Assembly (NCBI GenBank): GCA_963920595.1
Contig: OY986948.1
Coordinates: forward strand, 5,270,001 to 5,334,000
Source: Eimeria praecox
Lineage: Eukaryota
Length of the DNA: 64,000 nt
Reading direction: 5' to 3'
The notes beneath the pieces were generated by a model, which was not told the origin of the DNA, did not search any database, and saw nothing but the letters and a program-made list of their open reading frames with translations. Below, piece after piece: positions 49,613 through 62,241 of the stretch (position 1 is the first letter of the stretch; the number at the start of each line of letters is the position of its first letter). A program made the translations under genes and the position numbers.

Positions 49613-52600
49613 GTGTGTTCAGCAGCAGCAAGTGGGTTTGGTGATGAACAAGGACTAGGATACATTCCGGGTGGTTTGTGTTTGATGGTTTGTGTCTGGT
49701 GGGGATGTTGGAATTTGGGTGGATGTTTGCTGGGTGTTGGGTGGTTTAGATTTGTGCTGCGTTATGTCAGCTCTAGCACATGGATTGGTTTGTGGCTGGA
49801 GCGGTGGGTTCTGGTGTGGGAAGTGTTTGAGTGGAGTTGGGTATTGGTGGTGGCGAATAATGTTGTATTGTATGCGTTGGATGTAGTGTGGGAAGGCTTG
49901 AGGGCGTGTAGGGTGAAGAGTAGAGCGTGATAGTATATGATGAGTGTCAGTGATTTGATTGTGCTGTTGTTTGGATGGGGGAGGGGCTGGGGACAGCGAG
50001 GGTTGGAGAAGATGTTATGTCGTTGTTTGAGGTGTGTGTTCAGCAGCAGCAAGTGGGTTTGGTGATGAGCAATGACTAGGATACATTCCGGGTGGTATGT
50101 GTTTGATGGTTTGTGTATGGTGGGGATGTTGGAAGTTGGGTGGATGTTTGCTGGGTGTTGGATGGTTTAGATTTGTGTTGCGTTATGTCAGCTCTAGCAC
50201 ATGGATTGGTTTGTGGCTAGAGCGATGGATGCTGGTGTGGGAAGTGTTTGAGTGGAGTTGGGTATTGGTGGTGGCGAATAATGCGGTTGTGTATGCGTTG
50301 GATGCAGTTAGGGGAGGCTTGAGGGCGTGTAGGGTGAAGAGTAGAGCGTGATAGTATATGATGAGTGTCAGTGATTTGATTGTGCTGTTGTTTAGATGGG
50401 GAATGGGCTGGGGACAGTGATTGTTGGAGAAGTTGTTATGTCGTTGTTTGAGGTGTGTGTTCAGGAGCAGCAAGTGGGTTTGGTGATGAACAAGGACTAG
50501 GATACATTCCGGGTGGTTTGTGTTTGATGGTTTGTGTATGGTGGGGATGTTGGAATTTGGGTGGATGTTTGCTGGGTGTTGGGTGGTTTAGATTTGTGCT
50601 GCGTTATGTCAGCTCTAGCACATGGATTGGTTTGTGGCTGGAGCGGTGGGTTCTGGTGTGGGAAGTGTTTGAGTGGAGTTGGGTATTGGTGGTGGCGAAT
50701 AATGTTGTATTGTATGCGTTGGATGCAGTGTGGGAAGGCTTGAGGGCGTGTAGGGTGAAGAGTAGAGCGTGAGAGTATATGATGAGTGTCAGTGATTTGA
50801 TTGTGCTGTTGTTTGGATGGGGGAGGGGCTGGGGACAGCGAGGGTTGGAGAAGATGCTATGTCGTTGTTTGAGGTGTGTGTTCAGCAGCAGCAAGTGGGT
50901 TTGGTGATGAGCAAGGACTAGGATACATTCCGGGTGGTATGTGTTTGATGGTTTGTGTCTGGTGGGGATGTTGGAAGTTGGGTGGATGTTTGCTGGGTGT
51001 TGGATGGTTTAGATTTGTGCTGCGTTATGTCAGCTCTAGCACATGGATTGGTTTGTGGCTAGAGCGATGGATGCTGGTGTGGGAAGTGTTTGAGTGGAGT
51101 TGGGTATTGGTGGTGGCGAATAATGCGGTTGTGTATGCGTTGGATGCAGTTTGGGGAGGCTTGAGGGCGTGTAGGGTGAAGAGTAGAGCGTGATAGTATA
51201 TGAAGAGTGTCAGTGATTTGATTGGGCTGTTGTTTAGATGGGGAATGGGCTGGGGACAGTGATTGTTGGAGAAGTTGTTATGTCGTTGCTTGAGGTGTGT
51301 GTTCAGGAGCAGCAAGTGGGTTTGGTGATGAACAAGGACTAGGATGCATTCCGGGTGGTTTGTGTTTGATGGTTTGTGTCTGGTGGGGATGTTGGAAGTT
51401 GGGTGGATGTTTGCTGGGTGTTGGGTGGTTTAGATTTGTGCTGCGTTATGTCAGCTCTAGCACATGGATTGGTTTGTGGCTGGAGGGGTGGGTTCTGGTG
51501 TGGGAAGTGTTTGAGTGGAGTTGGGTATTGGTGGTGGCGAATAATGTTGTATTGTATGCGTTGGATGTAGTGTGGGAAGGCTTGAGGGCGTGTAGGGTGA
51601 AGAGTAGAGCGTGAGAGTATATGATGAGTGTCAGTGATTTGATTGTGCTGTTGTTTGGATGGGGGAGGGGCTGGGGACAGCGAGGGTTGGAGAAGATGTT
51701 ATGTCGTTGTTTGAGGTGTGTGTTCAGCAGCAGCAAGTGGGTTTGGTGATGAGCAAGGACTAGGATACATTCCGGGTGGTTTGTGTTTGATGGTTTGTGT
51801 CTGGTGGGGATGTTGGAAGTTGGGTGGATGTTTGCTGGGTGTTGGATGGTTTAGATTTGTGTTGCGTTATGTCAGCTCTAGCACATGGAGTGGTTTGTGG
51901 CTAGAGCGATGGATGCTGGTGTGGGAAGTGTTTGAGTGGAGTTGGGTATTGGTGGTGGCGAATAATGCGGTTGTGTATGCGTTGGATGTAGTGTGGGAAG
52001 GCTTGAGGGCGTGTAGGGTGAAGAGTAGAGCGTGATAGTATATGATGAGTGTCAGTGATTTGATTGTGCTGTTGTTTGGATGGGGGAGGGGCTGGGGAAA
52101 GCGAGGGTTGGAGAAGATGTTATGTCGTTGTTTGAGGTGTGTGTTCAGCAGCAGCAAGTGGGTTTGGTGATGAACAAGGACTAGGATACATTCCGGGTGG
52201 TTTGTGTTTGATGGTTTGTGTCTGGTGGGGATGTTGGAAGTTGGGTGGATGTTTGCTGGGTGTTGGATGGTTTAGATTTGTGTTGCGTTATGTCAGCTCT
52301 AGAACATGGATTGGTTTGTGGCTAGAGCGATGGATGCTGGTGTGGGAAGTGTTTGAGTGGAGTTGGGTATTGGTGGTGGCGAATAATGTTGTATTGTATG
52401 CGTTGGATGTAGTGTGGGAAGGCTTGAGGGCGGCGTGTAGGGTGAAGAGTAGAGCGTGATAGTATATGAAGAGTGTCAGTGATTTGATTGGGCTGTTGTT
52501 TAGATGGGGGAGGGGCTGGGGACAGTGATTGTTGGAGAAGTTGTTATGTCGTTGTTTGAGGTGTGTGTTCAGGAGCAGCAAGTGGGTTTGGTGATGAACA

Positions 52601-55600
52601 AGGACTAGGATACATTCCGGGTGGTTTGTGTTTGATGGTTTGTGTATGGTGGGGATGTTGGAATTTGGGTGGATGTTTGCTGGGTGTTGGGTGGTTTAGA
52701 TTTGTGCTGCGTTATGTCAGCTCTAGCACATGGATTGGTTTGTGGCTGGAGCGGTGGGTTCTGGTGTGGGAAGTGTTTGAGTGGAGTTGGGTATTGGTGG
52801 TGGCGAATAATGTTGTATTGTATGCGTTGGATGCAGTGTGGGAAGGCTTGAGGGCGTGTAGGGTGAAGAGTAGAGCGTGAGAGTATATGATGAGTGTCAG
52901 TGATTTGATTGTGCTGTTGTTTGGATGGGGGAGGGGCTGGGGACAGCGAGGGTTGGAGAAGATGCTATGTCGTTGTTTGAGGTGTGTGTTCAGCAGCAGC
53001 AAGTGGGTTTGGTGATGAGCAAGGACTAGGATACATTCCGGGTGGTTTGTGTTTGATGGTTTGTGTCTGGTGGGGATGTTGGAAGTTGGGTGGATGTTTG
53101 CTGGGTGTTGGATGGTTTAGATTTGTGCTGCGTTATGTCAGCTCTAGCACATGGATTGGTTTGTGGCTGGAGCGGTGGGTTCTGGTGTGGGAAGTGTTTG
53201 AGTGGAGTTGGGTATTGGTGGTGGCGAATAATGCGGTTGTGTATGCGTTGGATGCAGTTTGGGGAGGCTTGAGGGCGTGTAGGGTGAAGAGTAGAGCGTG
53301 ATAGTATATGAAGAGTGTCAGTGATTTGATTGGGCTGTTGTTTAGATGGGGAATGGGCTGGGGACAGTGTTTGTTGGAGAAGTTGTTATGTCGTTGTTTG
53401 AGGTGTGTGTTCAGGAGCAGCAAGTGGTTTTGGTGATGAACAAGGACTAGGATACATTCCGGGTGGTTTGTGTTTGATGGTTTGTGTATGGTGGGGATGT
53501 TGGAAGTTGGGTGGATGTTTGCTGGGTGTTGGGTGGTTTAGATTTGTGCTGCGTTATGTCAGCTCTAGCACATGGATTGGTTTGTGGCTGGAGGGGTGGG
53601 TTCTGGTGTGGGAAGTGTTTGAGTGGAGTTGGGTATTGGTGGTGGCGAATAATGTTGTATTGTATGCGTTGGATGTAGTGTGGGAAGGCTTGAGGGCGTG
53701 TAGGGTGAAGAGTAGAGCGTGAGAGTATATGATGAGTGTCAGTGATTTGATTGTGCTGTTGTTTGGATGGGGGAGGGGCTGGGGACAGCGAGGGTTGGAG
53801 AAGTTGTTATGTCGTTGTTTGAGGTGTGTGTTCAGCAGCAGCAAGTGGGTTTGGTGATGAGCAAGGACTAGGATACATTCCGGGTGGTTTGTGTTTGATG
53901 GTTTGTGTCTGGTGGGGATGTTGGAAGTTGGGTGGATGTTTGCTGGGTGTTGGATGGTTTAGATTTGTGTTGCGTTATGTCAGCTCTAGCACATGGATTG
54001 GTTTGTGGCTAGAGCGATGGATGCTGGTGTGGGAAGTGTTTGAGTGGAGTTGGGTATTGGTGGTGGCGAATAATGCGGTTGTGTATGCGTTGGATGCAGT
54101 TTGGGGAGGCTTGAGGGCGTGTAGGGTGAAGAGTAGAGCGTGATAGTATATGAAGAGTGTCAGTGATTTGATTGGGCTGTTGTTTAGATGGGGAATGGGC
54201 TGGGGACAGTGATTGTTGGAGAAGTTGTTATGTCGTTGTTTGAGGTGTGTGTTCAGGAGCAGCAAGTGGTTTTGGTGATGAACAAGGACTAGGATACATT
54301 CCGGGTGGTTTGTGTTTGATGGTTTGTGTATGGTGGGGATGTTGGAATTTGGGTGGATGTTTGCTGGGTGTTGGGTGGTTTAGATTTGTGCTGCGTTATG
54401 TCAGCTCTAGCACATGGATTGGTTTGTGGCTGGAGGGGTGGGTTCTGGTGTGGGAAGTGTTTGAGTGGAGTTGGGTATTGGTGGTGGCGAATAATGTTGT
54501 ATTGTATGCGTTGGATGTAGTGTGGGAAGGCTTGAGGGCGTGTAGGGTGAAGAGTAAAGCGTGATAGTATATGAAGAGTGTCAGTGATTTGATTGTGCTG
54601 TTGTTTGGATGGGGGAGGGGCTGGGGACAGTGATTGTTGGAGAAGTTGTTATGTCGTTGTTTGAGGTGTGTGTTCAGGAGCAGCAAGTGGGTTTGGTGAT
54701 GAACAAGGACTAGGATACATTCCGGGTGGTTTGTGTTTGATGGTTTGTGTATGGTGGGGATGTTGGAAGTTGGGTGGATGTTTGCTGGGTGTTGGGTGGT
54801 TTAGATTTGTGCTGCGTTATGTCAGCTCTAGCACATGGATTGGTTTGTGGCTGGAGGGGTGGGTTCTGGTGTGGGAAGTGTTTGAGTGGAGTTGGGTATT
54901 GGTGGTGGCGAATAATGTTGTATTGTATGCGTTGGATGTAGTGTGGGGAGGCTTGAGGGCGTGTAGGGTGAAGAGTAGAGCGTGATAGTATATGATGAGT
55001 GTCAGTGATTTGATTGTGCTGTTGTTTGGATGGGGGAGGGGCTGGGGACAGCGAGGGTTGGAGAAGATGTTATGTCGTTGTTTGAGGTGTGTGTTCAGCA
55101 GCAGCAAGTGGGTTTGGTGATGAGCAAGGACTAGGATACATTCCGGGTGGTTTGTGTTTGATGGTTTGTGTCTGGTGGGGATGTTGGAAGTTGGGTGGAT
55201 GTTTGCTGGGTGTTGGATGGTTTAGATTTGTGCTGCGTTATGTCAGCTCTAGCACATGGATTGGTTTGTGGCTGGAGCGGTGGGTTCTGGTGTGGGAAGT
55301 GTTTGAGTGGAGTTGGGTATTGGTGGTGGCGAATAATGCGGTTGTGTATGCGTTGGATGCAGTTTGGGGAGGCTTGAGGGCGTGTAGGGTGAAGAGTAGA
55401 GCGTGAGAGTATATGATGAGTGTCAGTGATTTGATTGGGCTGTTGTTTAGATGGGGAATGGGCTGGGGACAGTGTTTGTTGGAGAAGTTGTTATGTCGTT
55501 GTTTGAGGTGTGTGTTCAGGAGCAGCAAGTGGGTTTGGTGATGAACAAGGACTAGGATACATTCCGGGTGGTTTGTGTTTGATGGTTTGTGTATGGTGGG

Positions 55601-58600
55601 GATGTTGGAATTTGGGTGGATGTTTGCTGGGTGTTGGGTGGTTTAGATTTGTGCTGCGTTATGTCAGCTCTAGCACATGGATTGGTTTGTGCCTGGAGCG
55701 GTGGGTTCTGGTGTGGGAAGTGTTTGAGTGGAGTTGGGTATTGGTGGTGGCGAATAATGTTGTATTGTATGCGTTGGATGTAGTGTGGGAAGGCTTGAGG
55801 GCGTGTAGGGTGAAGAGTAGAGCGTGAGAGTATATGATGAGTGTCAGTGATTTGATTGTGCTGTTGTTTGGATGGGGGAGGGGCTGGGGACAGCGAGGGT
55901 TGGAGAAGATGTTATGTCGTTGTTTGAGGTGTGTGTTCAGCAGCAGCAAGTGGGTTTGGTGATGAGCAAGGACTAGGATACATTCCGGGTGGTTTGTGTT
56001 TGATGGTTTGTGTCTGGTGGGGATGTTGGAAGTTGGGTGGATGTTTGCTGGGTGTTGGATGGTTTAGATTTGTGTTGCGTTATGTCAGCTCTAGCACATG
56101 GATTGGTTTGTGGCTAGAGCGATGGATGCTGGTGTGGGAAGTGTTTGAGTGGAGTTGGGTATTGGTGGTGGCGAATAATGCGGTTGTGTATGCGTTGGAT
56201 GCAGTTTGGGGAGGCTTGAGGGCGTGTAGGGTGAAGAGTAGAGCGTGATAGTATATGAAGAGTGTCAGTGATTTGATTGGGCTGTTGTTTAGATGGGGAA
56301 TGGGCTGGGGACAGTGATTGTTGGAGAAGTTGTTATGTCGTTGTTTGAGGTGTGTGTTCAGGAGCAGCAAGTGGTTTTGGTGATGAACAAGGACTAGGAT
56401 ACATTCCGGGTGGTTTGTGTTTGATGGTTTGTGTATGGTGGGGATGTTGGAATTTGGGTGGATGTTTGCTGGGTGTTGGGTGGTTTAGATTTGTGCTGCG
56501 TTATGTCAGCTCTAGCACATGGATTGGTTTGTGGCTGGAGGGGTGGGTTCTGGTGTGGGAAGTGTTTGAGTGGAGTTGGGTATTGGTGGTGGCGAATAAT
56601 GTTGTATTGTATGCGTTGGATGTAGTGTGGGAAGGCTTGAGGGCGTGTAGGGTGAAGAGTAGAGCGTGAGAGTATATGATGAGTGTCAGTGATTTGATTG
56701 TGCTGTTGTTTGGATGGGTGAGGGGCTGGGGACAGCGAGGGTTGGAGAAGTTGTTATGTCGTTGTTTGAGGTGTGTGTTCAGCAGCAGCAAGTGGGTTTG
56801 GTGATGAGCAAGGACTAGGATACATTCCGGGTGGTTTGTGTTTGATGGTTTGTGTCTGGTGGGGATGTTGGAAGTTGGGTGGATGTTTGCTGGGTGTTGG
56901 GTGGTTTAGATTTGTGTTGCGTTATGTCAGCTCTAGCACATGGATTGGTTTGTGGCTAGAGCGATGGATGCTGGTGTGGGAAGTGTTTGAGTGGAGTTGG
57001 GTATTGGTGGTGGCGAATAATGCGGTTGTGTATGCGTTGGATGCAGTTTGGGGAGGCTTGAGGGCGTGTAGGGTGAAGAGTAGAGCGTGATAGTATATGA
57101 AGAGTGTCAGTGATTTGATTGGGCTGTTGTTTAGATGGGGGAGGGGCTGGGGACAGTGATTGTTGGAGAAGTTGTTATGTCGTTGTTTGAGGTGTGTGTT
57201 CAGGAGCAGCAAGTGGGTTTGGTGATGAACAAGGACTAGGATACATTCCGGGTGGTTTGTGTTTGATGGTTTGTGTCTGGTGGGGATGTTGGAAGTTGGG
57301 TGGATGTTTGCTGGGTGTTGGGTGGTTTAGATTTGTGCTGCGTTATGTCAGCTCTAGCACATGGATTGGTTTGTGGCTAGAGCGATGGATGCTGGTGTGG
57401 GAAGTGTTTGAGTGGAGTTGGGTATTGGTGGTGGCGAATAATGCGGTTGTGTATGCGTTGGATGCAGTTTGGGGAGGCTTGAGGGCGTGTAGGGTGAAGA
57501 GTAGAGCGTGATAGTATATGAAGAGTGTCAGTGATTTGATTGGGCTGTTGTTTAGATGGGGAATGGGCTGGGGACAGTGATTGTTGGAGAAGTTGTTATG
57601 TCGTTGTTTGAGGTGTGTGTTCAGGAGCAGCAAGTGGGTTTGGTGATGAACAAGGACTAGGATACATTCCGGGTGGTTTGTGTTTGATGGTTTGTGTATG
57701 GTGGGGATGTTGGAAGTTGGGTGGATGTTTGCTGGGTGTTGGGTGGTTTAGATTTGTGCTGCGTTATGTCAGCTCTAGCACATGGATTGGTTTGTGGCTG
57801 GAGGGGTGGGTTCTGGTGTGGGAAGTGTTTGAGTGGAGTTGGGTATTGGTGGTGGCGAATAATGTTGTATTGTATGCGTTGGATGTAGTGTGGGAAGGCT
57901 TGAGGGCGTGTAGGGTGAAGAGTAGAGCGTGATAGTATATGATGAGTGTCAGTGATTTGATTGTGCTGTTGTTTGGATGGGGGAGGGGCTGGGGACAGCG
58001 AGGGTTGGAGAAGATGTTATGTCGTTGTTTGAGGTGTGTGTTCAGGGGCAGCAAGTGGGTTTGGTGATGAGCAAGGACTAGGATACATTCCGGGTGGTTT
58101 GTGTTTGATGGTTTGTGTCTGGTGGGGATGTTGGAAGTTGGGTGGATGTTTGCTGGGTGTTGGATGGTTTAGATTTGTGCTGCGTTATGTCAGCTCTAGC
58201 ACATGGATTGATTTGTGGCTGGAGCGGTGGGTTCTGGTGTGGGAAGTGTTTGAGTGGAGTTGGGTATTGGTGGTGGCGAATAATGCGGTTGTGTATGCGT
58301 TGGATGTAGTGTGGGGAGGCTTGAGGGCGTGCAGGGTGAAGAGGAGAGCGTGATAGTATATGATGAGTGTCAGTGGTTTGATTGCGCTGTTGTTTGGACG
58401 GGGAATAGGCAGGGGACCGTGAGGGTTGGAGAAGTTGTTATGCCGTTTTTTGAGGTGTGTGTTCAGGGGCAGCAAGTGGGTTTGGTGATGAGCAAGGACT
58501 AGGATACATTCCGGGTGGTTTGTGTTTGATGGTTTGTGTATGGTGGGGATGTTGGAAGTTGGGTGGATGTTTGCTGGGTGTTGGATGGTTTAGATTTGTG

Positions 58601-59719
58601 TTGCGTTATGTCAGCTCTAGCACATGGATTGGTTTGTGGCTGGAGCGGTGGGTTCTGGTGTGGGAAGTGTTTGAGTGGAGTTGGGTATTGGTGGTGGCGA
58701 ATAATGCGGTTGTGTATGCGTTGGATGCATTGTGGGGAGGCTTGAGGGCGTGTAGGGTGAAGAGTAGAGCGTGATAGTATATGATGAGTGTCAGTGATTT
58801 GATTGTGCTGTTGTTTGGATGGGCAAGGGGCTGCGGACAGCGAGGGTTGGAGAAGATGTTATGTCGTTGTTTGAGGTGTGTGTTCAGCAGCAGCAAGTGG
58901 GTTTGGTGATGAGCAAGGCCTAGGATACATTCCGGGTGGTTTGTGTTTGATGGTTTGTGTCTGGTGGGGATGTTGGAAGTTGGGTGGATGTTTGCTGGGT
59001 GTTGGGTGGTTTAGATTTGTGCTGCGTTATGTCAGCTCTAGCACATGGATTGGTTTGTGGCTGGAGCGGTGGGTTCTGGTGTGGGAAGTGTTTGAGTGGA
59101 GTTGGGTATTGGTGGTGGCGAATAATGCGGTTGTGTATGCGTTGGATGTAGTGTGGGGAGGCTTGAGGGCGTGCAGGGTGAAGAGTAGAGCGTGATAGTA
59201 TATGATGAGTGTCAGTGGTTTGATTGCGCTGTTGTTTGGACGGGGAATAGGCAGGGGACCGTGAGGGTTGGAGAAGTTGTTATGCCGTTTTTTGAGGTGT
59301 GTGTTCAGGAGCAGCAAGTGGGTTTGGTGATGAGCAAGGACTAGGATACATTCCGGGTGGTTTGTGTTTGATGGTTTGTGTATGGTGGGGATGTTGGAAG
59401 TTGGGTGGATGTTTGCTGGGTGTTGGGTGGTTTAGATTTGTGCTGCGTTATGTCAGCTCTAGCACATGGATTGGTTTGTGCCTGGAGCGGTGGGTTCTGG
59501 TGTGGGAAGTGTTTGAGTGGAGTTGGGTATTGGTGGTGGCGAATAATGTTGTATTGTATGCGTTGGATGTAGTGTGGGGAGGCTTGAGGGCGTGTAGGGT
59601 GAAGAGTAGAGCGTGAGAGTATATGAAGAGTGTCAGTGATTTGATTGCGCTGTTGTTTGGATGGGTGAGGGGCTGGGGACAGCGAGGGTTGGAGAAGATG
59701 TTATGTCGTTGTTTGAGGT

Positions 59720-62241
59720 GTGGCTTCAGCAGCAGCAAGTGGGTTTGGTGATGAGCAAGGACTAGGATACATTCCGGGTGGTTTGTGTTTGATGGTTTGT
59801 GTCTGGTGGGGATGTTGGAAGTTGGGTGGATGTTTGCTGGGTGTTGGATGGTTTAGATTTGTGTTGCGTTATGTCAGCTCTAGAACATGGATTGGTTTGT
59901 GGCTAGAGCGATGGATGCTGGTGTGGGAAGTGTTTGAGTGGAGTTGGGTATTGGTGGTGGCGAATAATGCGGTTGTGTATGCGTTGGATGCAGTTAGGGG
60001 AGGCTTGAGGGCGTGTAGGGTGAAGAGTAGAGCGTGATAGTATATGAAGAGTGTCAGTGATTTGATTGGGCTGTTGTTTAGATGGGCAATGGGCTGGGGA
60101 CAGTGATTGTTGGAGAAGTTGTTATGTCGTTGTTTGAGGTGTGTGTTCAGGAGCAGCAAGTGGTTTTGGTGATGAGCAAGGCCTAGGATACATTCCGGGT
60201 GGTTTGTGTTTGATGGTTTGTGTCTGGTGGGGATGTTGGAAGTTGGGTGGATGTTTGCTGGGTGTTGGATGGTTTAGATTTGTGCTGCGTTATGTCAGCT
60301 CTAGCACATGGATTGGTTTGTGGCTGGAGCGGTGGGTTCTGGTGTGGGAAGTGTTTGAGTGGAGTTGGGTATTGGTGGTGGCGAATAATGTTGTATTGTA
60401 TGCGTTGGATGTAGTGTGGGGAGGCTTGAGGGCGTGTAGGGTGAAGAGTAGAGCGTTAGAGTATATGAAGAGTGTCAGTGATTTGATTGGGCTGTTGTTT
60501 AGATGGGGAATGGGCTGGGGACAGTGATTGTTGAAGTTGTTATGTCGTTGTTTGAGGTGTGTGTTCAGGAGCAGCAAGTGGGTTTGGTGATGAGCAAGGA
60601 CTAGGATACATTCCGGGTGGTTTGTGTTTGATGGTTTGTGTCTGGTGGGGATGTTGGAAGTTGGGTGGATGTTTGCTGGGTGTTGGATGGTTTAGATTTG
60701 TGTTGCGTTATGTCAGCTCTAGAACATGGATTGGTTTGTGGCTAGAGCGATGGATGCTGGTGTGGGAAGTGTTTGAGTGGAGTTGGGTATTGGTGGTGGC
60801 GAATAATGTTGTAGTGTATGCGTTGGATGTAGTGTGGGGAGGCTTGAGGGCGTGTAGGGTGAAGAGTAGAGCGTTAGAGTATATGAAGAGTGTCAGTGAT
60901 TTGATTGGGCTGTTGTTTAGATGGGGAATGGGCTGGGGACAGTGATTGTTGGAGAAGTTGTTATGTCGTTGTTTGAGGTGTGTGTTCAGGAGCAGCAAGT
61001 GGTTTTGGTGATGAGCAAGGACTAGGATACATTCCGGGTGGTTTGTGTTTGATGGTTTGTGTCTGGTGGGGATGTTGGAAGTTGGGTGGATGTTTGCTGG
61101 GTGTTGGGTGGTTTAGATTTGTGCTGCGTTATGTCAGCTCTAGCACATGGATTGGTTTGTGGCTAGAGCGATGGATGCTGGTGTGGGAAGTGTTTGAGTG
61201 GAGTTGGGTATTGGTGGTGGCGAATAATGCGGTTGTGTATGCGTTGGATGCAGTTAGGGGAGGCTTGAGGGCGTGTAGGGTGAAGAGTAGAGCGTGATAG
61301 TATATGAAGAGTGTCAGTGATTTGATTGGGCTGTTGTTTAGATGGGCAATGGGCTGGGGACAGTGATTGTTGGAGAAGTTGTTATGTCGTTGTTTGAGGT
61401 GTGTGTTCAGGAGCAGCAAGTGGTTTTGGTGATGAGCAAGGCCTAGGATACATTCCGGGTGGTTTGTGTTTGATGGTTTGTGTCTGGTGGGGATGTTGGA
61501 AGTTGGGTGGATGTTTGCTGGGTGTTGGATGGTTTAGATTTGTGCTGCGTTATGTCAGCTCTAGCACATGGATTGGTTTGTGGCTGGAGCGGTGGGTTCT
61601 GGTGTGGGAAGTGTTTGAGTGGAGTTGGGTATTGGTGGTGGCGAATAATGTTGTAGTGTATGCGTTGGATGTAGTGTGGGGAGGCTTGAGGGCGTGTAGG
61701 GTGAAGAGTAGAGCGTTAGAGTATATGAAGAGTGTCAGTGATTTGATTGGGCTGTTGTTTAGATGGGGAATGGGCTGGGGACAGTGATTGTTGGAGAAGT
61801 TGTTATGTCGTTGTTTGAGGTGTGTGTTCAGGAGCAGCAAGTGGTTTTGGTGATGAGCAAGGACTAGGATACATTCCGGGTGGTTTGTGTTTGATGGTTT
61901 GTGTATGGTGGGGATGTTGGAAGTTGGGTGGATGTTTGCTGGGTGCTGGGTGGTTTAGATTTGTGCTGCGTAATGTCAGCTCTAGCACATGGAGTGGTTT
62001 GTGGCTGGAGCGTTGGATGCAGTGTGGGAAGGGTTTGAGTGGAGTTGGGTATTGGTGGTGGCGAATAATGCGGTTGTGTATGCGTTGGATGCAGTTTGGG
62101 GAGGCTTGAGGGCGTGTAGGGTGAAGAGTAGAGCGTTAGAGTATATGAAGAGTGTCAGTGATTTGATTGTGCTGTTGTTTGGATGGGGGAGGGGCTGGGG
62201 ACAGCGAGGGTTGGAGAAGATGTTATGTCGTTGTTTGAGGT
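59720..62241. repeat. 3-monomer repeat at the array edge (1260 bp, including a 3-bp deletion), 2 copies
   Basis: GATGGGCAAT at 60081 and 61341. AAGGCCTAGG at 60178 and 61438. GCGTTAGAG at ~60453, ~60871, ~61713 and ~62133. Confidence 0.78.
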
